DNA of 64,000 nt from Psammoneis japonica (lineage: Eukaryota): assembly GCA_008632985.1 (NCBI GenBank), contig QPGO01000217.1:1-64000 (forward strand), given 5' to 3'. Below, piece after piece: positions 48,560 through 60,976 of this stretch. The notes under the pieces were generated by a model, which was not told where the DNA came from, made no database searches, and saw only the letters and a program-made list of their open reading frames with translations. A program made the translations under genes and the position numbers. Positions within the stretch are counted from its first letter, which is position 1, and every line of letters begins with the position of its first letter.

Positions 48560-51500
48560 AAAGCAAACCTCGCCCGTCCGTGCACTCTTGCCTGTCGCTC
48601 TCCTCTCTAGATGCAATAATCAAAGGTGTCGTCAGCGCATCTCCTGCTTGCAGGATTTGCACTGAAACATGCTGTGCAGAGCAACAACTCATGCGTGATG
48701 GAGCTGCCGCACTTTGGTTCTTGGAAGTCACACCAGCAGCCAGCCCAGCTTGTGCTCATCACAAAAGGTGTCATTTGCCGGGTTGTTGCCTGCGCCCAAA
48801 AGAAGAAAGAGCTCCTGCTGTTGACGTGCTCCAGCTCTGGGTGGGACCTCGCACTGCTGAGCTGTGACATCAACGGTTTTTTGGATCACGTCGCATGTCA
48901 CACACGCACATTTCTGCGTGTGACATTCTACAAAATTGTTTCATGCTCCCTGTTTTGCGAAGCCAAAGGCTTTCTGTTTTCAACACCTGTGAGAATGAAA
49001 ACACACTGGGTGTGTTCTTTGATGTCTGAAGAACATGCCCGGGCAAACTGTCAATGACACACTCCAAGCATGAAGGAGGAGATGCATTTGCAAAATTGCC
49101 TCTTTTTCTGTTGGCGATCATTTGTGTTTTCATTGCAGCGCAAATTTGCTGCAGAGCTTGCACGCAGAATTCTGCGGGCCCAATGTCACACGGAGTCCCG
49201 CCTGGGGCTGGAACCCATTGTCATCATTTGCTGCTTTGCCCTGGCAAGCCCACACACGTGTTTGTGGCATCGACCCATTTCTGGCTCAAGCATGCGCCCA
49301 TTTGTTGGTGCCTCACCTTTTTCAAATGTTTTTGCCATGTTTTTTTGTTTTTTGACCTGTGCAAGATTGTTGCTCCATGGCCAAGTGGGTGGCTGGCCAG
49401 CAGCTGTGCTGCCCGCCAAAGGCAAAATTGGCTTCCACGCAGATGATGCACATGCGCAAGGAAGGACAGCCACTCTGACCCATTTGAGCACAGATTTGGA
49501 GTGAGCTCAAAAAGCTCACTCCAGATCTGATTGCCAGCGGATCAGAGCTCCCACCCACTGCAGGGGCAATGTTGGGTTTCGTGCACTGCTGTCCTGTCAA
49601 AAAGCACGCTCATGCACTGCATCATGCACAACCAACAGAGGAACAAAAAATTCATCTCTGTGGCACTTGTTGTTGAAAAAGCAACAAGTGCAAGGCTTCT
49701 AAAGCGGTGGTGAGCTGTGATGCAACAGACTGGTTTGACATGATGGATCCAACGGCATTGTGCCATCTCAAACACACACCAGCTGGGATGTGTCATTGGT
49801 GCTCCCCACCAAAAAAGTCATGCGTGGCGCCTTTTTTGTTTCACTTGGAAACCAAAATGTCATTTTCCGTGACATTTTGTGAGGAGAAGACCACGGCGCT
49901 GACAGCACTCTCACATTCATCAGATTTGCACTGGGCTGCCCAAGTTGAAAATGAGCTTGGTGCTGACAGATTTGGGCATGCTGCTGTTGCAAAAACAATC
50001 AAAAAGTGATGAAGCCAGCAAGCACACTGCTTGTTTGCATGTCTGCACAGATGGCATGATGGCATGTGCCATTTCTGGCTGCGGCAATCCTGGCACTGAT
50101 TCTGCGAGATGTCATGTGAAATGTGCCACATTTCGTGTGCATGAAAAACAGTTGCCTGCAACTGATTTGTGCCCCCGACTCCTGCAATGGACTTGTTTCT
50201 TGTGCACTCAGAAGCCTTCAAATGCCACCACAAAAAATGGCGGTGGCTTTTTGGACTGGAGTGTCATGTGAACATCATGTTCTGCCCAAAACATGGTGCT
50301 TGCTTGTGCGGCAGGGCCCTGCAGCATTTGTCAGGCCCACCTTGCTCACAGGTTTCAACGCGCATTTACGGACAGACAACCACTGTGACTCATTTTCATT
50401 GCTGCTCCCGCAATGCTGAGTTGCCAAGAGTGAAAGCAAAGCACTCATCTCCAGCTGCTGAGTTGCTCTTTGCCACATGGCATCAACACTCTCAAGCAAC
50501 CCAGCCATTCTGAGTGTGCAGAATGTCAACAACAATGTTGACACCCCTGGGCAGTGCAGCAACATCCTCCCCCTAAAAACATTCATCACACAGCACACAG
50601 AGCATCAGGCATTGGGCACTGCAAAGAGAAACAAGGCAAATGATGATGACCATGTGTGCAAACATGTGACAATGCAGCAGGGTGCATGGAAGATGTGGAG
50701 CACTGCCAGTGTTTGGTGGAAGCTGTGCAGCACTGCAGTTGCAGCACAGTGCACACAGAAAAATTTGGAATGTTTTCCAAAAAACAGAAATTCCACCAAG
50801 TCTGAGGCAGGAGCAACCGGCTCTGAGACAAATGCGCCATGCAGCAACAGGAACAAACTTGCTTCATTGTTGTGATGGGCAGTGGTCTCCACAAGTGATG
50901 TGTGCCCTCAACAAAAAGGAGCAATGAGATGAGCATGACAGCAGCAGCAAGTGTGTTGCACACACCAATGGGTTTTCACATCAAAGTCAAAGTTTTCTGG
51001 GTCAGAAGCACCCAGAAAACTTCAATTTTGGATTTTTCAACTTTTTCTTCATGTCCGCTGTCAAATTGAAAATTGGTTTTGACAGCCAATGTGAAAAACA
51101 AAGTTGCAAAATCAAGGCAACACAACCCATCAAAAGTGGCACTCTCAACCATGTCATTCCAGTGTGTCGAGCTTCATCTGACATGCCAACAAACCATTGA
51201 ACCCATCACTTCTGGCTCCATCAGTCCAACATGCAAAAATCAAGTGTGCTTGGTTTTTGGCGCACTTGAGTTTTTAAAAATTTGTGTGTGGAATGGCTCT
51301 GAGAGCTGTGCCGCAAATTGTTTGACAGCAACAATTGCGCAACTCACATGCCCAAAGGCCAAACATTGTTGCCCAAACCAACAATCTCCCTTCCTGCAGG
51401 TGTGGTGCCAAAAATTTCATTCTGGTTGTCTGAGCTGCATTGTTGTCCCAGTCATTTCATCAAATGACCTCTGTGGTGCTCTGCTTTGCAATCATTCATG

Positions 51501-53060
51501 CGTGCAAATTGGAGCTTTGCACTGGCTGGCAGTGCATTTTTGCTTTGGCTCTGTGTGCATAAATCTCAAAGTTTGTGCCTGAAGCAACAATCATTTTTTG
51601 CGCATGTGGTGATGCGATTGTTCAGCAAGTTTGTGCCGGCAGCAAGAGCCACACAGCCAGAACAGCACACTGAGGAAAAGACACAAAACAATGGCAAAGG
51701 ATGACACAACTTCTCTCAACACCCCAAAGGAAAACCTCCTTGGCTCCTCATGTGCTGACATGCAGCATGGCATCCACCAAGGCAGACAGAGTGGCTCTGA
51801 AGGCTCTTGGAACAAGGCACCTGCCGCTGTTTTTAGTCGCAACCTCATGCCCACTCTGCAACAACTCCCCACAATTGACCAAATGCAGCCCTTGCAAGAT
51901 GACAAAGAAAACAGCAAAGATGAAGATTCAGTGATGACAATGTCCCTGGGGCAATTGACGATCAATGTGAGCCCTCCTTCAAGCTGCATGGCACCTGTCT
52001 GACATCAACACAGAAATCCAAATGATGCTCATTTGTGGGGGGACAGCACAAACAATGGGATTTGAGCACCATGTTCTCCTTTTGGAAGAGCACTGCAAAT
52101 GGCTTTTTGAAATTGTTGTCCCTTTGTTCTTGGAAGAACATTGCAAGAATGTGGAGGAGCTGGTGCTGAGATTGAAAAAGAAAAGAAGAGAGTGATGTGG
52201 AATGACAGAGAGAGTTGTGTGAAGAGATTGGGCAGGTGGACAGCACTTTGAAGCATTTTTGCCTGCCTCCCATGGTGTTTTTTTTTTTGAAAGAATTTGT
52301 CAACTTTTGCACAGCTGCATCAAGAGCACAGTGTTCTGCCACAGAGAGTTTTGCTCATTTCCAAACTGCTGAGAGTCTGTCATGATCCAGTGTCTCATGT
52401 TGACACTGGCAGATGATGAAACCATTCTCTGTGTCTGCATTGATGCATTGGAAAATTGCACAGGATTGAGTTTGCCCAGCATGTCAACTTTGCCCCAATT
52501 TCCTTGAGCCTTGATTTGGCACTGTTTGCAGTGCTGGGTTGTGCCTGGAGTTGACCGAAATCATCAAGGAAGTCATCAAAATGGATTGCTGGACTGACCC
52601 CCTCACTGCATTTGGTGAGAAGGCATTCCTGATGACATTGCTGCATTCAATGGCAAGAAGGTCACACTCTTTGACCCCGCGGAACAACGTCAAGAACAAC
52701 GGCGCATGCTGAGCCTTGCTCTCTTCGTCTCCCTGTGGCTGAGCAGCAAGCCAAATTGAGAGGCAAGCCACTCGACAACTCAGAGGAACTGGAAGAATTG
52801 TCAACAAAGGGTGGCATCTGCCAGTGCAAAATCAACTGTGGAGGCATTGCATCGCCAAAAAGGGCACGGCGGCATGGGCGGCGGTTCACACAAAGCAATT
52901 TTGAGCCGAGAAATGAACATTGATGGCGAGCACAGGTGACAACAGAAAAGAGAAAGAAGATGAGACAAGGACTGAGCAGGCAGATTCTAGTTTTAATTTA
53001 ACCATGGGATGATCATCAGCACGACCCTTGGACACATGCGCAATGCACAAAGGTTGGAAA
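48560..53060. mobile_element. TpA/CpG-depleted degenerate repeat block, family unresolved
   Basis: Same dinucleotide signature as the identified TEs; 48831-48910 matches 12452-12550 (ccagctctgggtgggacc; tgtgacatc.ac.gttttttggatc). Confidence 0.55.
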
Positions 53061-53274
53061 AACCAAGCACGTGTAAAAGACCGCAAATTCAGCATCTTTT
53101 CTCAAAGCGGCCGAACACGTCACTCTGACGTCACTCATTCGATTTCTCGGATTACAATCATGAGACATCTCTCCATGCGTTTTCCCTCATTCTCACGATG
53201 ACGAAAGCCGACACTCTTATTTTATATTTCATCGCTGCTCCCGTGGTAATATAATACTGCATCAACAGCGCACC

Positions 53275-55278
53275 ATGAAGACATCTTATAGTGTGTCGTT
53301 ACAAATTCTGTTTAGTATATCTGCAGTGAAAGCTTTCCATGGCGGTTCCTTATGGACCAAACATAATGTTCAACTTCAGCATTATGCTTGGCTGAAACAA
53401 AAGGAGCTTCATCAATGTTGCAGCTCTCGTCCGAGGCGGAGAATGAAGCTCCATCTCAGGTATTGTCGTCAAGCACAGATCTTTTAGATGAAGAAATGAA
53501 GGATACAATTCGGACTCGTCAAGAAAACAAAGAGACAACTGTCTCGCCTCCTCTTGGTAAACGACACGTTGTTGACCCAGCAACCAGGCCTGGCCGAGAC
53601 GCAAGAGGTATTTATCTCATTCGATCAGAGGCCCAGCATGCGTAAGTCTATCATGTGATATTGTCGTATCATATGCCTGTCGTTCATACCATAAAGTCGT
53701 TCGATCCACCACTTATGTGACTTTCCTCTCTATACCTGTCCAACACTATACGAGCACAGTGCATTCCTCAAAGCAAATCCAGACAAACTCATTGTTATGA
53801 AATTCACAGCCGGCTATTGTCGAGCATGTGCTGCTCACGCTCCCAAGTTTGCCGCTCTCGTCATGGACAAAAGGTATCAAGGCCTACCGATTGTGTGGGC
53901 CGACTTTGCCGTCGATCCGCGTACCAAACCGTTTTTCCGAAAGCTCGGAGTCTTGTCGTTACCAACGATTCATTTTTATGCGGGTTCCGATGGTATTGTG
54001 GAGAACTTTGCGTGTGGACCGTCCAAGATTCCACTGTTGGTTTCCAAACTGACAAATTTCATCAGCCAAAACGTCGACCCCGACACTCGACAACTCATAC
54101 CCGCATCTCTGTCTTCCCAAGAAGAATCCATAACGTCCGAGGACGCACCCTGTACGGTACGTCAAGTGAAACAAGTTTTAATTTCGGGTGAACTCATTAC
54201 ACAAAAGCATTTGGATCATTTATTGAGTGGTATGGAATTTTTCAAGGATTTGACAAACAAGGAGTTTGAAGAAATGCTCGGCAAGGCAAGTTTAGAGACA
54301 TTCATGCCTGGCGACATTGTGATTCGTCAAGGCATGCCGGGAGAAAAATTCTACGTGATTGAATCCGGCATTTTAGAAATGAGCATTCGTAGTCGCTTTG
54401 CCGACCCCATTTCAACACCACCCAGCTATTTGGGTGCGGTGGTCAATGAATTGACGGAATTGGATTTTTTTGGTGAACGAGCATTGACCACGTGTGAACC
54501 GTACGCGGCTAGCGTACGGTGTGTCGAAAAGGCACGATGCATCACGATTCGAGTAGAGGATATTCCCGCAAGTTCCATTTTGAGCAAACAACGAAAAGCT
54601 ACTCAATCCATGGTGGATCGGTTGTCCCAACGCTACGCGCTACCCAAGGACTATACAACACCACCGGAATACTCGGCCAAAGAGGACGATAGCATTTTAG
54701 AGCTCTTGGTGAGATTTCAGCAAATCCGTCAAGTTGCCAAATGCTTTGAATACGTCATGAGCGCCGAACCTCTTTTGGGCGACACGGGAGAGATTGCACG
54801 ACGGTACATGCTGGTTTCCAAATTATCACCAAGTCAACGGGAAGACTTTGTGGAGGTGTTTCGCATGATGGATGTCACCAACAAGGGTGAAATTAGTTTG
54901 TTGGATATGCGTCGATTAATGGAATCGGCACGCAAATCCATTTCGGATGAGGAATTGCTTGATATAGTAATCAAATCCAATCCTACTCACAATCAAAACA
55001 AATCGTCATCATCGAAACAATATGCCGCCGGTCTGTCACTGGATGAATTTTTGGGTGTCATGGCCGAAGCGGAACTGTACAATCTCTTTACAGCAACCTT
55101 CAAGGCACTCGATGTAGAAAAGACTGGCTATGTCCGTGCGGGTGACTTGGATGAAGTCCTTGGTGGTGTACGAGACTTGATTAGTGATGATCGAAAGAGT
55201 TTGATTGATGTAGAGGATCAAGACATTCAAGTCGATTATGAGCAGTTTGCAAGAATGTTACTCGGTGCAGCAGTGTGA
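53275..55278 (+). CDS. Thioredoxin-like, cyclic-nucleotide-binding and EF-hand protein, probably plastid-targeted (intron 53642-53759; frame discontinuity near 53370)
   Basis: KFTAGYCRAC...LGVLSLPTIHFY (Trx CxxC); IVIRQGMPGEKFYVIESG...FFGERAL (cNMP); DVTNKGEISLLDM and DVEKTGYVRAGDL (EF-hands); signal peptide ending VKA-F. Confidence 0.85.
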
Positions 55279-55739
55279 CCAATTGAAAAAAAATGATTAT
55301 TAATAATAGAGCTAGCTTTTAACTTTACTTTTCGCCGTTTTTGGAGCGGTAGTGTAGCTGGACGTACAGTAGGGAAAGAAAGAAGCTCATAGCTAGCTAC
55401 CGGTATGCGGCTGGTATCTTCTAGAGAGGTAGAGTCGTCTACCGGTAGGCTTTAGCTAGCTAGAGACTCTACTTCTACTGCTAGACTAGAGAGCAGGAGC
55501 TCTGAAACCCTTGCTCTAAACGAAGTAACTAGGCCTAATCTTCACTATTGTATCGGCTACCGGTAGATCTATCGGCTTGCATTGCGTGCCTCTTGACGCT
55601 CGACAATAGCACAGATTCCTACTTCATATCAATCGTCGGGGGGTTCATGCGTAGATTCTACGTAAAAAGTGTATGGAGGAGAGCACGATCCTCAGCCCAC
55701 CATTTTTTTTATTTCACAGACTACGACGATCGAGACACC

Positions 55740-56750
55740 ATGGCAGCATCCGAAGAAGCCAAGAACAACGACAACGACAACGACACTACCTTTCGTGTCT
55801 TTTTGGGTGATGATCATTCCAATTTGGAGTGTCGTTTCTACGAGAATGCCTTTCCCGAAGTCGAATCGGTCGTCATGGTCAATGTCCGTAACATTGCCGA
55901 TATGGGTGCCTATGTGAGTTTGCTCGAATACAACAACATTGAGGGTATGATTCTCTTGTCGGAACTCAGTAGGAGACGCATCCGTTCGATTCACAAGTTG
56001 ATTCGTGTCAATCGTAACGAAGTCGTCATGGTATTACGAGTTGATAAGATAAGGGTTATATTGATTTGAGTAAACGCCGTGTCAGTCCCGAAGACGTGGC
56101 GGCGTGTGAAGATCGTTTCAACAAGGCCAAGGCTGTGCACGGCGTCCTTCGTCATTTGGCTGAACGGAACAAGCTGTACTTGCAAGACTTGTACGAAGCC
56201 ATTGGATGGCCATTGTATCGAAAGTACGGACACGCGTACGATGCCTTTAAACTCACCATTAGTGAGGACCGTACCGGACCGGATCCTCTCGATGAACTAC
56301 AGCCCAAATTACCGGAAGACCTCAAGGAGGAATTGAAAACGTACATTCGACGTCGACTTGCACCACAACCCATCAAGATTCGTTCCGATATTGAAGTGTC
56401 GTGCTTTACCTACCGTGGTATTGATGCGATTCGTGACGCACTCTTGTCCGCCACGGAAACGACGTCGTCCGAAACCAATAAGGGCGGAGGCGAAGAAATC
56501 AAAATTAAACTCATTGCTCCTCCCATTATGTCTTGTCGACACAAACATTGGAAAAGGATGCTGGAATTGCGCATTTGCAAAAAGCCATTGATACGATTGA
56601 AGAAAAAATTACGGCGACGGAGGAAAGATTGATGTCAAGATGGCACCCAAGGCTATTAGTGTCAAGGAGGAGAACGAGTTGAAAAACATGATGGATCGTC
56701 TAGCCATGGATAATGAGGAAGTTGATGGTGATGCTCCTGAAGATGACTAA
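55740..56750 (+). CDS. EIF2S1: Translation initiation factor eIF2 alpha; three apparent 1-nt deletions (~56049, ~56527, ~56616)
   Basis: [78 protein letters not shown]. Confidence 0.95.
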
Positions 56751-57504
56751 AGAGTCTCGAATATTTGTTCCATATAATATAGTATCTCTTGTTGCATTCA
56801 GTTTCTTTTTAAGTAAAATTGCGAAAGCAAAATCCGTTCCAATCTTCCTTGTCTGTCCTCGTGCTGTGTTAAAGTTCAGTTTGTTTCGGAAATCAAACAA
56901 GTTGAAATCGCACGCTTCTCGTTGTATGAAACAGTTTCGCATTCAGTCTTTAGGCCTTCGATAGATTGTCGGAACATTCATCCCGCGGAGCAACAAGCTC
57001 ATAATGGCGGGATGCGATGATTGAATCGGAAACAGCCGCCGCCGCCGCCGCCGCCAGTATGTGAGCGTCGCCCAGCTTTTTTTTTTTATCCGCAATTTGA
57101 TCCTCGACTCCTCTTGGATAACGACAGCTACGCCATGCGGTGCTGTGAAAGCACAAAAGAAGCCTCAATGTCGATGTTTCATGTGCGCTTCATCGAGTTG
57201 GACAGAAGTGCGTTTACGTTCCCTTGGGGCATGGCACATGCATTTATGGCTCGTTGGAGCTGCGACAAGGAAGCCTTACAAGGAACGTTAAAAATGCTCC
57301 TTGCCGTTGACACAGTCATTGGAGTGCGGGATCTTTGGATTGGCGGCAGTGGTTGTCAAAAGTGAGCCTTTCGACGGAGCTCAGTTCTCAACGCGAGAAA
57401 CCAAAGGGCCCTCTAACACTACGAAGTCAATTTCCAGAGAGTCGGAGTAGAGCGAATAAACCAAAATCTTGAAAATTTCATTTAAACTGTTGTCGCCATT
57501 TGGC

Positions 57505-57740
57505 ACATTGTTTGCGATTTGCAACTCGAGCTTTTAGTGTTTGTGCGAGACAAGAGCCAACAAAGAAGGTTGGCAACCATTGGTGGATGCAAGCTTCTGA
57601 TCCAGCTGCTGCAGCAAATGGCGCGGGACCCGGGCACACTCCAGCAATGCCCCATCCCATCCCAAACAGCATGGAGCCCACAGCGGGCATTGCATCAATT
57701 GTGGCGGCATTGTTGGGCTCTCCGTCAAAGGTCACATCAC
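57505..57740 (-). pseudogene. Mutated partial duplicate of the 3' end of the YeeE/YedE gene
   Basis: Aligns with 58559-58790; 7 of the 8 TpA sites in the intact copy are changed to CA or TG. Confidence 0.92.
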
Positions 57741-58555
57741 CGACAGACTGCATTGGAGAGGGGGCCAAAAGAGCAAAGCAGCAAAATCATTCTGTGTCCT
57801 CCTTTGAATTTGCCAGAAGTGGAAAAAAAGACACACGGCTGAGGAAGTGTGACACAAGCGAGTTGAGTTTGCAGAGGAATGGTCCGAGATCTAGAAGAAT
57901 CATCAACATCGACGTCTCATGGTTCGAGGTGCCGGTTTCTGGCAAATTGCACACGGTGGTGCTGTTGTGCACTTTCGAAAGCAGCAAGCCATGTGAGCAG
58001 AGAGGCCAGCACACAAAGTGAGACATTGTCGATCCCTTCGTTTTTGAACAAGAAACAAGTAAAAAAACAGAAAAAAGAGTTTGCAAAAAGGAAACAGGCA
58101 GCATTTCGAAGTCTCGAAAATGACTGTAGTTGTTGTTTTGCTGTGTGCTGCCTGATGTCGTAACAAGCTTTGAAATACATAAAGAGACAGGAGACACTCG
58201 TAATAAATGGGACGAACAAAAAAGAAGTGGCATGCACGACTGAAAAAGCCGTCAGAGGCTCGCGAAGTAAGTAAAGGACGGACGGTGGGCTACTGAGCAT
58301 CGCGTCGTACGTACAGAAGGCGTGAAAAATGGGCCGACGGCGACGATGTTTCGTCGGAGGTACGACAAGGAATATGTAGCCTTGGGCGGTGGTTATCAAA
58401 ATTAAGCCTCTACTCTCTAGAGTAGCGACGGAGCTCAACGCGAACAAACCAAAAGGCACTAGTAGGAGAAACAAGGAAACCAATTTCCAGACAGGGCAAC
58501 TCTCTAGAGAGAAGAAACCAAAAGCTTGAAAAGTAGTTACGCTATTTGTCACTTT

Positions 58556-59638
58556 TTAACATTGTTTGCGATTTGCAACTCGAGCTTTTAGTGTTTGTGC
58601 GAGATAAGAGCCAGCAAAAAATGTTGGCAACCATTGGTGGATGCAAGCTTCCGATCCAGCTGCTGCAGCAAATAACGCGGGACCGGGGCATATTCCAGCA
58701 ATACCCCATCCCATCCCAAACAGTATGGAACCCATAATGAGCATTGCATCAATTGTGGTATTGTTGGGCACTCCGTCAAAGGTCACGTCATTTTCGCTCT
58801 TGACACGAGCCATGGGAGCCGGGACGAGTCGGCACGAGGAGCTGCCGAGGCAAAGCAAATTGGGGTGTCCCGAAATGTAGTACGACAAGGCACTCACAAC
58901 AACGCCACCACCCATGACAGTCATGAGGGTAGGGTCATATGTTCCACTGGCAATACGAGTGAGATCCAGAAATCCTCGAACTTTGTCGACGCTCACCATT
59001 TGTGAAATGGCCAAGCCAATGGCAAAAAGTGAACCCGACAGGACTGCTCCAAACAGTTTTGACTTGTTCACCTTGCGTTGCTTTTCACCGTCTTGTCCAC
59101 TAACTTGCAAAGGAAACAGTGTACGAAACAAGACCCAAGCGGTCAAGAGATATCCAAGCAGTGGATTAAATGTGGGTGTCTCTTCTGTTTGCGCAAACTC
59201 GATTATTCCAAAGTGTGAAATGGCATAGACCGTGGCGACTGCCGTCACCATGAATACCCCGACTGCCACAAACGATCGAAGACTCAGTCTTGCAAGGCCA
59301 CAAATACCGTGTCCCGACGTGCAGCCATTGCCGAGCTTGGTTCCGGCACCCACCAAGAATCCTCCAATGGCGTGTCCCAGCGGTGATACAGTTGGAACGT
59401 TCTCAAGCTTGAGTATCGGAATCAAATTGGAGTCTTGATAAACAAGGAATTGTGCAGTAAGAAGGAATGCAGTTAAAAAGGCAAACTTCCATTGTTGCGA
59501 ACCGGCGTTTGGAAGAAAGCTCGAGCTCAATATGCCGCTCGCCCCCATGACGTCTCCATTGAGAAGAAGCAAAGTGGAAGCTGCGAGTCCAATCAAGGCG
59601 CCTCCCGCGAGTCCAGATATAGGTGTGAATAGTTCCAT
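58556..59638 (-). CDS. YeeE/YedE-family sulfur-compound (thiosulfate-type) transporter, two-module fusion
   Basis: GLAGGALIG, GFLVGAGTKLGNGCTSGHGICGLARLSLRS, GLAISQM...KVRGFLD, LFGMGWGIAGICPGPA. Confidence 0.93.
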   Translation of the reverse strand: MELFTPISGLAGGALIGLAASTLLLLNGDVMGASGILSSSFLPNAGSQQWKFAFLTAFLLTAQFLVYQDSNLIPILKLENVPTVSPLGHAIGGFLVGAGTKLGNGCTSGHGICGLARLSLRSFVAVGVFMVTAVATVYAISHFGIIEFAQTEETPTFNPLLGYLLTAWVLFRTLFPLQVSGQDGEKQRKVNKSKLFGAVLSGSLFAIGLAISQMVSVDKVRGFLDLTRIASGTYDPTLMTVMGGGVVVSALSYYISGHPNLLCLGSSSCRLVPAPMARVKSENDVTFDGVPNNTTIDAMLIMGSILFGMGWGIAGICPGPALFAAAAGSEACIHQWLPTFFAGSYLAQTLKARVANRKQC

Positions 59639-60501
59639 AGTGTCTTGTGCAAGAGTTGCGTTTTGCTTGAGGATAAAGTTTGAACGATTGAATTTCCAAA
59701 TTATGTGTTCGAAAATGCCGACACCATACTGAGAGGGGGCGGTGCGCGGAGTTTCTCATTGATGATTGAGGCTATTCAATGCGAAGGCCACGTCAGATGG
59801 AAACTAGGCCTATGATTATTCACATGCATGTACATATGCCCTTCTCATTCTAAGTTTTTATCCGAGACGTCATAGGGCCTACGTTCCATACATTCCTACA
59901 GCACCGTATGATAGAGTATGGTATGAGCTGATGTGAGCTCGGCGGAGCGAGAAGAATGCATCTTGGATTTTTGCAAGATCGAGTTTGTTTGCACCGACAG
60001 CCGACCAACAACACAACGCCGTAGACAATGCCATGGATGCGAGATGCTCTGCGGTCGTGGTGCACACTTACCATGCGCTTTGCTGTATCATCATCATTTG
60101 CTGCTGTTTTGTTGCCTTTTATGTGACTCTTCACAATGACAAAAGTTCTGGTTTTTCAATTTGGGGGTCCGAGTTGGAACTCTCACAACAACGTTGGTTC
60201 TGGTGGTGGTGGTGGACACGAGACTTTGTTTTGCAGAGATGTCAGCAAAAATGCACGTGACAGCTCTTTCCAACAATGTGTCATTTCTAGCTTTACCTCT
60301 CAGTCGCATGAGCAGAGAGTTTGGGAAAAGTGTTTGGAATACTCTGGCCTCTGCTCAGTGGGTGGCGTCAATTTGAGCGCGTGTGTGTCTTGGCGCTCTT
60401 GAGAAACACTGGAGAGCAGGTGGTGTAATCTCTCCCATTGACTGGAACCCTTCAAGAATTGGAAGGTTCTGAGAAGCATCAGAGGGATCACCCGCAATGT
60501 C

Positions 60502-60855
60502 GGAGAACGACAGCTGCACTTGGCTTGTTGGCTGACGAATCGTTAATTGGTGCTCCGTGGAGAGAAAAGTGTACATGGCTGGTCTTGGGCAGAGTTGATG
60601 TAGTCTATCTGCAGATAACATGGAACCACATGTGAATGCCAACGAAGTCGGACAAGAATTGCCAACTAAATAAATGTGATGAAAACAGCAGCTGGGCTGA
60701 GAACGATAGCAGCACTTGGCCTTTTTGGCGAATGAATCAATCGTTCACTGGCGGTCCTTCGAGAGAAAAGTATACCTGGCTGGTTTTGGGAGAGTCGACA
60801 CATCCGCCGACAACATGGAACTGCATGTGAATGACAACGAAGTCGGGCGAGAATG
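60502..60855. repeat. Two diverged tandem copies, ~197-bp period
   Basis: gagaacga.agc.gcacttggc, gagagaaaagt.tac.tggctggt and aacatggaac..catgtgaatg.caacgaagtcgg each occur twice (from 60502 and 60699). Confidence 0.8.
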
Positions 60856-60976
60856 GCTGGCAAAGTTGTTCACTAGCAAGAAGAAACTATAAACTCCGTA
60901 TCTTCGTTGTGTTTTTTATGTTATGCATGTTAACAACACTCGCTCCATTCAGCAAGGTTGTCAGTTAAACTACACT

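Noticed and set aside
53340..53390. Unusually short 35-nt intron (53345-53379) repairing the presequence frame
   Set aside because: It is far shorter than the 64-118 nt introns elsewhere in the window, and nearby eIF2-alpha shows indel errors, so an assembly indel is more likely. Unresolved without RNA-seq.
55740..56750. eIF2-alpha pseudogene or programmed frameshifting
   Set aside because: Three single-base losses at short G/T runs in an otherwise conserved essential gene with normal TpA are best explained by long-read consensus errors. Short-read mapping would confirm this.
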